A stretch of DNA of 64,000 nucleotides, from assembly GCA_965209055.1 (NCBI GenBank), contig OZ242374.1:4320001-4384000 (forward strand), in the 5' to 3' direction. The translations under genes and the position numbers were made by a program. This document shows positions 31,689 to 41,089 of this stretch, piece by piece (position 1 is the first letter of the stretch; each line of letters begins with the position of its first letter). The notes under the pieces are model-generated. The model worked only from the letters and a program-made list of their open reading frames with translations, was not told the DNA's origin and searched no databases. This stretch comes from Acidobacteriota bacterium (GTDB lineage: Bacteria; Acidobacteriota; UBA6911; RPQK01; JAJDTT01).

Positions 31689-34484
31689 TCAACGCCGGAC
31701 CGGCACCACCGGCAAGGTCGTGAAGATGCGATTGTCGGCGTCCATCTCCAAGGCCAATCCCGTGAATACCCCTTCCTCTGGCGCGGTGCAGCGCACCGAT
31801 CCCACGAAGCCGGAGGTCAAGGTCTGGGGAAACAACTCGTGGATGAACTGAGCCGTTTGTCCATTGCCGGCCAAGGGGATTTCCGTCTCTCCCAGACCCC
31901 GGCCGTCTTGCATCAGTTGGCAGGTGATGTCGATCTCGATCTGCTTCAGGTTGCGGAGGGCCATGCCCGTGCGGATGCCTCGTATCTGGTTCCGGGCCGG
32001 GAAGATCGCGTCCCGGTCGGCTCCACCGGCACCGACTCCCGCAACCCCGATCTCGGTGTGGGCAAAACGCAGGAACCCACCGATGGGGCCATTGGCGATA
32101 ACTTTCACCGACCCGGTTACCAGATTCCCCCGGCCATGGGTCGAGATCGTAAGCTCCGCCAGCGGGGCCACGTCCGTCTGAACCGTCAGGCCTCCGTCCC
32201 GCTGGACCTGAAGCCCCGCGACCATGGCCACCACTGACGGGGGAGCAATGAGACCGCCTTCGCCATCGTAGAAATAGAGGGCAGGGCGGATCGAGTCTGA
32301 AGCTACGTTCACGAGCACCAGGTCGGAAGCGATGGCCGCCCCGTTGGCGAAATGGGGGAAGTGCAGCTGCGTGTAATCCTGTGTCCGCGTCGGTGGAACG
32401 GGAACCACCGGCAAGGTGGTGAAGACCTGGTTCCGGAAATCCATTTCCAGAGCCACGCCGGCGAATAGGGCATCCTCGGGCGCTCTGCACCGCACCGACC
32501 CCACGAAGTTCCCCGTATTAGCCTGGGGGAACAACTCATCAATGAACTGGGCCGTCTGGCCGTTTCCAGCCAGGGGGAGATCCACTTCGCCAAGCACTTG
32601 GCCCTTTTGGGTCAGTTGGCAGGTCACGGTCATGGGATCCTCTCCCAGGTTGCGAATCGCGGCTCCGGTATTGATGCCGGATTCGCGGCGGCGCGCGGGA
32701 AAGATCGCATCATGTGTAGGAAACCCTGTTCCTACTCCGGCGACTCCGATATCAGGACTGTCGAAACGCAAGACTCCGCCCATCGGGCCGTCGGCCAGGA
32801 CCCTCACGGAGCCGGTCACCACCGGCCCTCGTCCGTGGGTCGAGACCGTGAGTTCTCCAAGGGGTTCTATTTCCTTCCTTACGGTCAGGGCTCCGTCGGC
32901 CCCGACGAACTGATCTTCGCAGATGTCCACCACGGATGCCGGGGCCATGAGGTCTCCCTCTCTGTCGAAAAAGTAGAGAGCCGGCTGGATGGGAGTGGCC
33001 GCGACATTCACGAACACCAAGTCGGAGCGAATGGCCGCCCCGTTGGCGAAATAGGGAAAGTCCAGGGAAAGCGGCGCCAGAACAGTCAGGGGTAGGAAGG
33101 GCCTGACCAACTCGTAACCGCTATGGTCTACAGGTTTCTCCGGAAACTGTGCAATCTCGACGGTAACTGGCGAGGCCGTTCCGGGCTGTCGAGATACCGA
33201 AAGAATGTTGCTGGTCTCTTGCCCGGTGGGAATCGTGAGGTGGAATGAATTCTCGTGAAACACGCCGCTGGTTACAGTTACTGGAAGATGGATCTCAAAG
33301 GGTGCGCCAGTATGCACTCTCGCCTGGAATCTGTCTGGATCGAACCATTCCAACGAAATGTTGATGGGTAGAGGAACTGCCAGGTTGTCATGAAGGGTGA
33401 GAATTTGCAAAGAGGGGAGGCCAGAGAAGATCTTTTCCGGCAGACTGGTTAGTTGGTTGCCATCTAGGCCGAGGTATTTTAGCGAGGAGAGGCTGGAGAG
33501 GACCCCCGCCGGCAGACTGGTTAATTGGTTGTCTCTAAGCTGGAGGCTTTCGAGCGAGGAGAGGCCGGAGAGGACCCCTTCCGACAGATTGGTTAACTGA
33601 TTGTCTCTTAGCCCGAGGTATTTTAGCGAGGAAAGGCCGGAGAAAACCCCCGCCGGCAGACTGGTTAATTGGTTGTCTCTAAGCTGGAGGCTTTCGAGCG
33701 AGGAGAGGCCGGAGAGGACCCCCGCCGACAGACTGGTCAGCTGGTTCCCACCTATCCGGAGGGACCTTAACGAGGAGAGGCCGGAGAAAACCCCCGCCGA
33801 CAGACTGGTCAGCTGGTTCCCACCTATTCGGAGAAACGTTAACGAGGAAAGGCCGGAGAAAACCCCCGCCGGCAGACTGATCAGTTGGTTCCCAGCTAGC
33901 CCGAGGGACGCTAACGACAGGAGACCGGAAAAGACTCCCGCCGGCAGACTGGTCAATTGGTTGGCATCTAGTCCAAGGTATTCCAACGAGGAGAGGCCGG
34001 AGAAGACCTCCGCCGGCAGACTGGTCAGGTGCGAGTAATCCATGTTGAGGGTTCTTAACGAGGAGAGGCCGGAGAAAACCCCCGCCGGCAGACTGGTCAG
34101 TGGGGTCCTGTCCAAGTAGAGGGTCGTTACTGACGAAAGCCCAGAAAAATCGCCGGCTCTCAACTCTTCCACCTGCGGAGGGGACCGCCGCAGGCGGGTG
34201 GGTTCGATGCCGAGAGGGGGCAAAAAATAAAACCAACCGGAGTGAAAAAACTCGCCCTCAATCGCAGCCAGATGAGCATCGGTCACATCGGCGCAATCGG
34301 TGACTTCTGGCACGAGCTTCACGATCTCGTCGCGCACCTCTGGGGTCCGGTCACAGACGGGGACGATTTGCGCTACGGCCGGCTCTGACGCGGCCAGCAG
34401 GCCCAAGCTCAAGGTGACGGACAGCAGCGATCCTCTGACTCGCCGCCGGCAAAGATGCGGGATCTTCGGAAAGTGGACAGACAT
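31689..34484 (-). CDS. Secreted leucine-rich-repeat protein (11 x 24-aa LRR) with two ~233-aa C-terminal repeats
   Basis: Signal-like LLSVTLSLGLLAASEPAVA; Cys-containing N-cap VCDRTPEVRD...CADVTD; LTSLPAGVFSGLSSLxxLxLxxNQ repeats; GGAGG RBS before ATG 34484. Confidence 0.88.
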   Translation of the reverse strand: MSVHFPKIPHLCRRRVRGSLLSVTLSLGLLAASEPAVAQIVPVCDRTPEVRDEIVKLVPEVTDCADVTDAHLAAIEGEFFHSGWFYFLPPLGIEPTRLRRSPPQVEELRAGDFSGLSSVTTLYLDRTPLTSLPAGVFSGLSSLRTLNMDYSHLTSLPAEVFSGLSSLEYLGLDANQLTSLPAGVFSGLLSLASLGLAGNQLISLPAGVFSGLSSLTFLRIGGNQLTSLSAGVFSGLSSLRSLRIGGNQLTSLSAGVLSGLSSLESLQLRDNQLTSLPAGVFSGLSSLKYLGLRDNQLTNLSEGVLSGLSSLESLQLRDNQLTSLPAGVLSSLSSLKYLGLDGNQLTSLPEKIFSGLPSLQILTLHDNLAVPLPINISLEWFDPDRFQARVHTGAPFEIHLPVTVTSGVFHENSFHLTIPTGQETSNILSVSRQPGTASPVTVEIAQFPEKPVDHSGYELVRPFLPLTVLAPLSLDFPYFANGAAIRSDLVFVNVAATPIQPALYFFDREGDLMAPASVVDICEDQFVGADGALTVRKEIEPLGELTVSTHGRGPVVTGSVRVLADGPMGGVLRFDSPDIGVAGVGTGFPTHDAIFPARRRESGINTGAAIRNLGEDPMTVTCQLTQKGQVLGEVDLPLAGNGQTAQFIDELFPQANTGNFVGSVRCRAPEDALFAGVALEMDFRNQVFTTLPVVPVPPTRTQDYTQLHFPHFANGAAIASDLVLVNVASDSIRPALYFYDGEGGLIAPPSVVAMVAGLQVQRDGGLTVQTDVAPLAELTISTHGRGNLVTGSVKVIANGPIGGFLRFAHTEIGVAGVGAGGADRDAIFPARNQIRGIRTGMALRNLKQIEIDITCQLMQDGRGLGETEIPLAGNGQTAQFIHELFPQTLTSGFVGSVRCTAPEEGVFTGLALEMDADNRIFTTLPVVPVRR
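33384..34172 (-). repeat. 72-bp tandem LRR-coding array, 11 units
   Basis: Periodic GAGGAGAGGCCGGAGAAAACCCCCGCCGGCAGACTGGT-like blocks every 72 bp. Confidence 0.92.
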
Positions 34485-34893
34485 CGGAATGGTTCCTCCG
34501 GGTAGACGGTAGCACCGGCAACAATATTCAGGGATGCAGAGGGGCTCCTGCTGGCCGAATTCTAGACCGGACCGCCGACGCGGCGGATGGGAGTCGGACC
34601 TCGTTTTCACCCACGGGAACTGACCGGATAGGCGAAGAAAGGGAGGCGTTTGAAGCGGACACTCAGGCCGTCAGGGCCGTGTCTTAGACTACGATAAGTG
34701 GATCTTATCGGACCCTGATCCCTCTCGGGGGCCTCTGACCAACTTCTCCTAGGCCGAATTTCCAGGCAGGTCGGCGCTGATTCACGCGCCCCGAGAGAAC
34801 CGGACAAACCCTCCTCTTTCCCGCAGGGACTCCGATAATTTCAGTGAACGGACGTTCCCCAGAGCATCGCCGGCGCCCGCTATTCTCAGCAGG

Positions 34894-37545
34894 TCAACGC
34901 CGGACCGGCACCACCGGCAAGGTCGTGAAGATGCGATTGTCGGCGTCCATCTCCAAGGCCAGTCCGGTGAACCTCCCGTCCTCTGGCGCGGTGCAGCGCA
35001 TGGACCCCACGAAGCCGGAGGTGACGGTCTGGGGAAACAACTCGTGGATGAACTGAGCCGTCTGTCCATTGCCGGCCAAGGGGATTTGCTTCTCCCCCAG
35101 ACCCCGGCCGCCTTGCATCAGTTGGCAGGTGATGTCGATGGCGTCCTGTTTCAGGTTATGGAGGGCCATCCCCGTGCGGACTCCTAGTGCCTGGTGTTGA
35201 GCCGGGAAGATCGCGTCCTGGACCGCGCCGCCGGCGCCGACTCCCGCAACCCCGATCTTGGAGTGGGCAAACCGCAGGAATCCCCCGATGGGACCATTGG
35301 CGATGACTTTCACCGATCCCGTCACTAGATCCCCCCGTCCATGGGTCGAGATCGTGAGTTCCGCGAGCGGGACCACGTCCGTCTGAACGGTCAGGGATCC
35401 GTCCCCCTGGACCTCAAGCCCCGCGACCATGTCCACCACTGACGGGGGTGCAATGAGACCGCCTTCGCCATCGTAGAAATAGAGGGCAGGGCGGATCGAG
35501 TCCGAAGCCACGTTCACGAGCACCAGGTCGGAAGTGATGGACGCCCCGTTGGCGAAATGGGGGAAGTGCAGCTGCGTGTAATCCTGTGTCCGCGTCGGTG
35601 GAACGGGAACCACCGGCAAGGTGGTGAAGATCTGGTTCCGGAAATCCATTTCCAGGGCCACGCCGGCGAACAGGGCATCCTCTGGCGCCCTGCAGCGCAC
35701 CGATCCCACGAAGTTCCCCGTATCGGCCTCGGGGAACAACTCATCAATGAACAGGGCCGTCTGGCCATTACCGGCCAGGGGGAGATCCACTTCGCCAAGC
35801 ACCTGGCCCTTTTGGGTCAGTTGACAGCTCACGGTCATGGGATCCTCTCCCAGGTTGCGAATCGCGGCTCCGGTGTTGATTCCGGATTCGCGGCGGCGCG
35901 CGGGGAAGATCGCCTCCTGTGAAGGGAACCCTGTTCCCACTCCGGCAACTCCGATATCCGGACTGTCGAAGCGCAAGACTCCGCCCATCGGCCCATCGGC
36001 CAGGACCCTTACCGAGCCGGTCACCACCGCCCCTCGTCCGTGGGTCGAGACCGTAAGTTCTCCCAGGGGTTCTATTTCCTTCCTTACGGTCAGGGCTCCA
36101 TCGGCCCCGACCAACTGGTCTTCCCCGATGTCCACCACCGATGCCGGAGCCATGAGGTCTCCCTCCCGGTCGAAAAAGTAGAGGGCCGGCTGGATGGGGG
36201 TGGCCGCGACATTCACGAACACCAGGTCGGAAGTGATGGACGCCCCGTTGGCGAAATGGGGGAAGTCCACGGAAAGCGGAGCCAGGACTGTCAGGGGCAG
36301 GGCGTCTTTGACAAGCGCGTATCCGCTATGCCTTGGAGGGGTCTCCGGAAACTGCTCGATTTCGACGGTGACCGGAGCGGTCGTTCCAGGCTGTCGAGCT
36401 ACCGAAACAACGTCACCAGTCTCTCGCCCTGCGGGAATCGTGAGATGGGAGGAATTCTCGTGAAACACGCCGTTGGATACGGTAATCGGAAGACGAATCT
36501 CAAAGGGTGCGCCAGTATGCACTCTGGCCTGGAATCGGCCGGGATCAACCCATTCCAACGAAACGTTGATGGGTAGAGGAACTGCTGGGTTGTCATGAAG
36601 GGTGAGAACTTTCAGCGAGGGGAGGCCAGAGAAGACTCCCGCCGGCAGACTAGTCAATTGGTTGCCACGTAGCCGGAGGAATTCTAACGAGAGAAGGCCG
36701 GAGAAGACTCCCGCCGGCAGGCTGGTCAGTTGGTTGTCACGTAGCCAGAGGGACTTTAGCGAGGGGAGGCCAGAGAAGACCCTCTCCGGCAAGCTGGTCA
36801 GTTGGTTGGCATGTAGCCCGAGGGATTCTAACGAGGGGAGGCCAGAGAAGACCCTCTCCGGCAAGCTGGTCAGTTGGTTGGCACCTAGCCCGAGGAACTC
36901 CAGCGAGGGGAGGCCAGAGAAGACCCTCTCCGGCAAGCTGGTCAGTTGGTTGGCATGTAGCCCGAGGGATTCTAACGAGGGGAGGCCGGAGAAGACTCCC
37001 GCCGGCAGGCTGGTCAGTTGCGAGTATTCCAGATCGAGGGTTCTTAACGAGGAGAGGCCGGAGAAGACCCCCGCCGGAACAGTGATCAGTTGGGAATTAG
37101 ACCATACGAGGAACTCCAGAGAGGAGAGGCCGGAGAAGACTCCCGCCGGAACAGTGGTCAGTGGAGTCCTGTCCAAGTAGAGGGTCGTTACTGACGAAAG
37201 CCCAGAAAAATCGCCGACCGCCAACTCTTCTACCTGTGGAGGGGGTAACCGCTTGCGGGCGGGTTCGACAAGGAGAGGAGGCATAGTGTAACTCCATCCG
37301 CCGTGAAAAAACTCGCCCTCAATCGCAGCCAGATGAGCATCGGTCACATCGGCGCAATCGCTGACTTCTGGTACGAGCTTCACAATCTCGTCGCGCACCT
37401 CCGGGGTCCGGTCGCAGACGGGGACGATCTGCGCGGCGACTGGCTCTGACGCGGCCAGCAGGCCCAAACTCAAGGTGACGATCAGCAGCGAGCCTCTGAA
37501 TCGCTGCCGGCAAAGACGCGGGATCTTCGGGAAGGGGACTGACAT
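34894..37545 (-). CDS. Secreted leucine-rich-repeat protein (9 x 24-aa LRR), paralog of 31689-34484
   Basis: Same architecture; exactly 48 aa (two LRRs) shorter than the paralog. Confidence 0.88.
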   Translation of the reverse strand: MSVPFPKIPRLCRQRFRGSLLIVTLSLGLLAASEPVAAQIVPVCDRTPEVRDEIVKLVPEVSDCADVTDAHLAAIEGEFFHGGWSYTMPPLLVEPARKRLPPPQVEELAVGDFSGLSSVTTLYLDRTPLTTVPAGVFSGLSSLEFLVWSNSQLITVPAGVFSGLSSLRTLDLEYSQLTSLPAGVFSGLPSLESLGLHANQLTSLPERVFSGLPSLEFLGLGANQLTSLPERVFSGLPSLESLGLHANQLTSLPERVFSGLPSLKSLWLRDNQLTSLPAGVFSGLLSLEFLRLRGNQLTSLPAGVFSGLPSLKVLTLHDNPAVPLPINVSLEWVDPGRFQARVHTGAPFEIRLPITVSNGVFHENSSHLTIPAGRETGDVVSVARQPGTTAPVTVEIEQFPETPPRHSGYALVKDALPLTVLAPLSVDFPHFANGASITSDLVFVNVAATPIQPALYFFDREGDLMAPASVVDIGEDQLVGADGALTVRKEIEPLGELTVSTHGRGAVVTGSVRVLADGPMGGVLRFDSPDIGVAGVGTGFPSQEAIFPARRRESGINTGAAIRNLGEDPMTVSCQLTQKGQVLGEVDLPLAGNGQTALFIDELFPEADTGNFVGSVRCRAPEDALFAGVALEMDFRNQIFTTLPVVPVPPTRTQDYTQLHFPHFANGASITSDLVLVNVASDSIRPALYFYDGEGGLIAPPSVVDMVAGLEVQGDGSLTVQTDVVPLAELTISTHGRGDLVTGSVKVIANGPIGGFLRFAHSKIGVAGVGAGGAVQDAIFPAQHQALGVRTGMALHNLKQDAIDITCQLMQGGRGLGEKQIPLAGNGQTAQFIHELFPQTVTSGFVGSMRCTAPEDGRFTGLALEMDADNRIFTTLPVVPVRR
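36589..37233 (-). repeat. 72-bp tandem LRR-coding array, 9 units
   Basis: 72-bp periodicity; peptide segment FSGLPSLESLGLHANQ occurs twice. Confidence 0.92.
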
Positions 37546-37756
37546 CTGAATGGGTCCTCACAGGTGGACGATAGCGGCGCTAACAATATTCAGGGATGCA
37601 GAGGGGCTCGTGCTGGCCGAAGTCTAGACCGGGCCACCGACCTCGACGGTGTGGACGCTGGCCTCGTTTTTGACCCAAATGGACTCATCGGGTCGGAGAA
37701 GAAGGGGAGGGTTCAGAGCGGCTCGGAGCGGAAAATCAGAAGGTCAGGGCCGCGTC

Positions 37757-37777
37757 TTAGACTACGATAAAGTCTAA
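37757..37777. promoter_or_regulatory. Perfect palindrome TTAGACT-N7-AGTCTAA upstream of the LRR pair (candidate operator)
   Basis: 7-7-7 inverted repeat in AT-rich stretch. Confidence 0.4.
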
Positions 37778-37858
37778 TATACGTATCTTCTATGAGCGCC
37801 TGGGAGTTCGTCCCGAAAAACCCCGATTCGCTTTCTGCAACGGACCTCAAAGGAGCCT

Positions 37859-37967
37859 TCCCGGCGGAAACGCGTTGGTCCTCGGTTGCATACGCCCGGT
37901 ATGCTCAGAGCGCCTTGTCCGGCGGGCGCAGCCCCGGGGCGTTGCGTGGGACTTTCGCCACGGACTG
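37859..37967 (-). mobile_element. Second, one-ended copy of the MITE-like element
   Basis: Reverse complement begins CAGTCCGTGGCGAAAGTC and shares CTGCGCCCGCCGGACAAGGCGCT, GCATACCGGGnGTATG and TCCGCCGGGA with 993-1150. Confidence 0.65.
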
Positions 37968-38462
37968 CTAACCCCGTCTTTTTTCCGCGCTTCCGCGACT
38001 GAGTGACAGGCACCCCGTACGGTGCACGTCGCGCACACCGTACACCCGCATGTTCTGGAGAAATCCGTTGATCTTCTCCGAGTTTCCCGTGACCTCGAAT
38101 ACACAGCTCTGAGGACTGGCGTCGACGACGCGCGCCCGAAACACCTTGGAGAACTCCAGGATCTCCGACCGGGTGGATTCCGTGACACGCACCCGGATCA
38201 GCGCCATCTCGCGAGCCATATGGACCTGCGGATTGTATGGGATCACCTTGATGACATCGATCAGCTTGTTCAACTGCTTGATGACCTGCTCCGTGCCCGC
38301 CACATCCGTCTTCGTGGAAAGGGTGATGAGGGAGATGGTGGGGTCGGAGGTCGGAGCGACGTTCAGAGTCTCAATATTGTAGCCCCGCTGGCTGAACAGC
38401 CCCACAACCCGGGCCAGGACACCCGATCTGTTTTCGACCAGTAACGAAAGCAACTGAACCAT
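37968..38462 (-). CDS. ilvN: Acetolactate synthase small (regulatory) subunit
   Basis: LSLLVENRSGVLARVVGLFSQRGYNIETLNV, QVIKQLNKLIDVIKV, REMALIRV. Confidence 0.93.
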   Translation of the reverse strand: MVQLLSLLVENRSGVLARVVGLFSQRGYNIETLNVAPTSDPTISLITLSTKTDVAGTEQVIKQLNKLIDVIKVIPYNPQVHMAREMALIRVRVTESTRSEILEFSKVFRARVVDASPQSCVFEVTGNSEKINGFLQNMRVYGVRDVHRTGCLSLSRGSAEKRRG

Positions 38463-38598
38463 AGCGTGTCCCGTATAAGCACTTTGGCCCCCGGAGTCAA
38501 GGCAGGAGCGACTCCCGACCGATCCGTCACTGTCCCTGGAACGCCCTGCCGCGGGAACCGAAAGGGCATCATCGCAGGGCGCGTCCCCGGGAACGAAT

Positions 38599-41085
38599 AT
38601 GGCAGAATGGCCGGAAATGGCCACGACGACCCGTGCGCAGGCCTGGGAAACCTATTCGGCTCGGCGACGCCTCGTCGAGCAATCGTTTCGGTCGGACCTC
38701 TGTCCCGAGGCGGCGCTGGAGGACCTGACCCGGGCCATGGACACCCTGGTCTCCCAAGTCGCTCAGCGACACCTTCAATCCGGTTTGTTTTGCATCCTCG
38801 CCTTGGGCGGATACGGCCGCCGCGAGATGTTCCCCCACTCGGACGTGGATCTGCTGCTGTTGTTCCGGGGGGAAGATCAGGAAGCCGCCGAGGAGGCCAT
38901 CAAACGCCTGCTCCACGACTTGTGGGACCTCCGCCTGGACCTGGGGCATCAAGTCTGGTCGCTGGAGGAATTGACGGCCCAGGGCCCGGACCTGGAGTTG
39001 GCCCTGTCACTGTCGGATGCTCGCATCGTAACTGGTAGCGCGGCATTGGGAAATCTCCTTCTCCGCGACTTTCTTCCCGGTTGGCATCGAGGAGAGACCG
39101 AGGAACTTCGTCTTGGAATCGACCACCTGACCCGTCAGCGCCATGAGAATTTCCAGAACACCATCTTCCATCTGGAGCCGGACCTGAAGGAGGGCCCGGG
39201 CGGACTCCGGGATGTCCTGGCGGGCGGATGGCTGTCGAAGCTCCGGCGGGAGGGACAATTCGTCCCGTACAGCCAAGAGCGCATCGATGCCGCGTCCAGT
39301 TTCATGAAGCGGATGCGCATGCTGGTCCACCTGGTGCGCGGGCGAAATCTGAACCGCCTGACGTATCGGCTTCAGGAAAAAATCGCTCCTCTGGCCGGAT
39401 ACGAATCCGAAGACGATCGGATGGGCGTCGAGTCCATGATGCAGGAGTACTATCTCAATGCACGGGTCATCCACGGGTGTTGCCGCTACGGGCTGGTCCC
39501 CAGGAGACCGGTGGACCCGTCGACTCAGATCCACCTGGACGGAGTCTCTTCGGAACGGGCCGGCCCCATCATCCTCAAAGTTTTTCGCGACTCCATGACC
39601 CGGTCAAAACCGTTGAGCGACGGGGCCCGCATGTCGATTGCCCGTGGCAGTTCCGAGTTGGCCGCCAGCTTGCGCCTCCATCCCCAACCGGGATCGATCA
39701 TGGAACTCTTCCATCCCCGGCCCGGCCTCTACCGGGCCCTGACCGAAATGTACGAACTGGGGGTCCTCGAGGCTCTCTTTCCCGAGTTCGGCGGCATCAA
39801 GGCCAAGGTCACGCGCGATTTCTACCATCAGTACACCGTTGACGAGCACAGCCTCATGGCCATACGCAATATTGAGGAATTGAGGGCAGGGAATTCCGGC
39901 GGGGATGCCCGGTTCGCGGCCCTGCTCGACGAGGCGACCCACCCGGAACTGTTGACTCTGGCCCTTCTACTGCACGACGTGGGTAAGAGCCGCGAAGGAC
40001 ATCACGCCGACCGAAGCACGCGAATGGCGGGCGCGGCGCTGCGGCGCCTGTGCTTTCCCGCGGAATGCATCGAGGCCGTCTCGTTTCTGATCCAACAACA
40101 TCTGTCCATGACCAGAGTCATATTCCGGAGGGATCTGGAGGACCCGAGGGTGATCGACCGCTTCGCCGACCGCGTCGGCGATCCCGATCGGCTCCGGCTC
40201 CTTTGTCTTCTCACCTACGCGGACATCAAGGCCGTCGGGCCCGGAGTGCTCAAGGATTGGACCAAGGATCTCCTCTGGCAACTGTATGTGTCCGCGTACC
40301 GGAAACTCACTCTGGGCTTTGGCGTGGACTCGGTGGAAGAAGAAACCCCGGACCTCCTCTTCAGAGATCTGCCCGGCGACCTCGATGCCCGGGATTTCGG
40401 AAGGTTCCTCGAGGGACTTCCTCTCAGATACGTCAAGATCACCCCGCATTCCGAAATTTACGAGCATTATCGCCTGGCTAGAGGTCTGAGAACCGATCGG
40501 CCGGTGCGCTTGCGGCTGACCCGGGATCTCGACGGCTACAAGCTCTGTGTGGTGACTCCCGATCGCTTCCACCTGTTTGCCCGGATCGCCGGCGTCCTCG
40601 CCTCGTTCGGCATGAACATATTCCGCGGCTATGCCATGTCCAACCGGGCGGGTACGACTCTGGACCTGTTCCACTTCACCGACGTCCGCCGGCGTTTCGC
40701 CCTGAATCCCAGTGAGAAACAGACGTTTCAGGATTTGGTCAGCCGGGTGATTCGGGATGAACGTTCCGTAGAGACTTATTTCAAGGGCAACGGCAGGTTG
40801 GTGAACCCGCGCTTTTCGCCGGCGCGGTTTCGCCCCTCGGTCTACTTCGAGGATGAGCCCACACAGCGCTACACCATCATGGAACTCGTGGCTCCCGACG
40901 CCGTCGGCCTCCTCTACACCATCGCCGAGCGGATCTCGTCCCTTCGCTGCAACATCGATCTGGTCCTGATCAATACGGAGGGTGAGAGAGCCGTGGATGT
41001 CTTTTACTTGTCGCGGGATGGGTGTAGACTTGGGCCCGATCTACAGCAGGAACTGGAAGCTCAGATTCTTCAGGCGATAGGGTGA
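38599..41085 (+). CDS. glnD: PII uridylyltransferase/uridylyl-removing enzyme (start 38599 or 38617)
   Basis: ALGGYGRREMFPHSDVDLL, LEPDLKEGPGGLRD, YHQYTVDEHS, LLHDVGK, two C-terminal ACT domains; adjacent to PII. Confidence 0.93.
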   Translation: MAEWPEMATTTRAQAWETYSARRRLVEQSFRSDLCPEAALEDLTRAMDTLVSQVAQRHLQSGLFCILALGGYGRREMFPHSDVDLLLLFRGEDQEAAEEAIKRLLHDLWDLRLDLGHQVWSLEELTAQGPDLELALSLSDARIVTGSAALGNLLLRDFLPGWHRGETEELRLGIDHLTRQRHENFQNTIFHLEPDLKEGPGGLRDVLAGGWLSKLRREGQFVPYSQERIDAASSFMKRMRMLVHLVRGRNLNRLTYRLQEKIAPLAGYESEDDRMGVESMMQEYYLNARVIHGCCRYGLVPRRPVDPSTQIHLDGVSSERAGPIILKVFRDSMTRSKPLSDGARMSIARGSSELAASLRLHPQPGSIMELFHPRPGLYRALTEMYELGVLEALFPEFGGIKAKVTRDFYHQYTVDEHSLMAIRNIEELRAGNSGGDARFAALLDEATHPELLTLALLLHDVGKSREGHHADRSTRMAGAALRRLCFPAECIEAVSFLIQQHLSMTRVIFRRDLEDPRVIDRFADRVGDPDRLRLLCLLTYADIKAVGPGVLKDWTKDLLWQLYVSAYRKLTLGFGVDSVEEETPDLLFRDLPGDLDARDFGRFLEGLPLRYVKITPHSEIYEHYRLARGLRTDRPVRLRLTRDLDGYKLCVVTPDRFHLFARIAGVLASFGMNIFRGYAMSNRAGTTLDLFHFTDVRRRFALNPSEKQTFQDLVSRVIRDERSVETYFKGNGRLVNPRFSPARFRPSVYFEDEPTQRYTIMELVAPDAVGLLYTIAERISSLRCNIDLVLINTEGERAVDVFYLSRDGCRLGPDLQQELEAQILQAIG

Positions 41086-41089
41086 GTCG

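Larger units (their letters stand above)
31625..34697. repeat. Copy 1 of ~3-kb tandem duplication (LRR gene plus flanks)
   Basis: 31625-31690 identical to 34830-34895; upstream TCAGGGCCGYGTCTTAGACTACGATAA shared with 37744-37770. Confidence 0.85.
34830..37770. repeat. Copy 2 of ~3-kb tandem duplication
   Basis: High similarity to 31625-34697 including both non-coding flanks. Confidence 0.85.

Noticed and set aside
33384-37233. 72-bp periodic repeats as a CRISPR array or a diversity-generating retroelement
   Set aside because: Repeats are in-frame LRR codons; no cas genes, reverse transcriptase or adenine-specific template/variable pair in the window
37803-37848. GAGTTCGTCCCGAAAAA...TTTCTGCAACGGACCTC as ends of another small IS remnant
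   Set aside because: Complementarity is too weak and no second copy is visible
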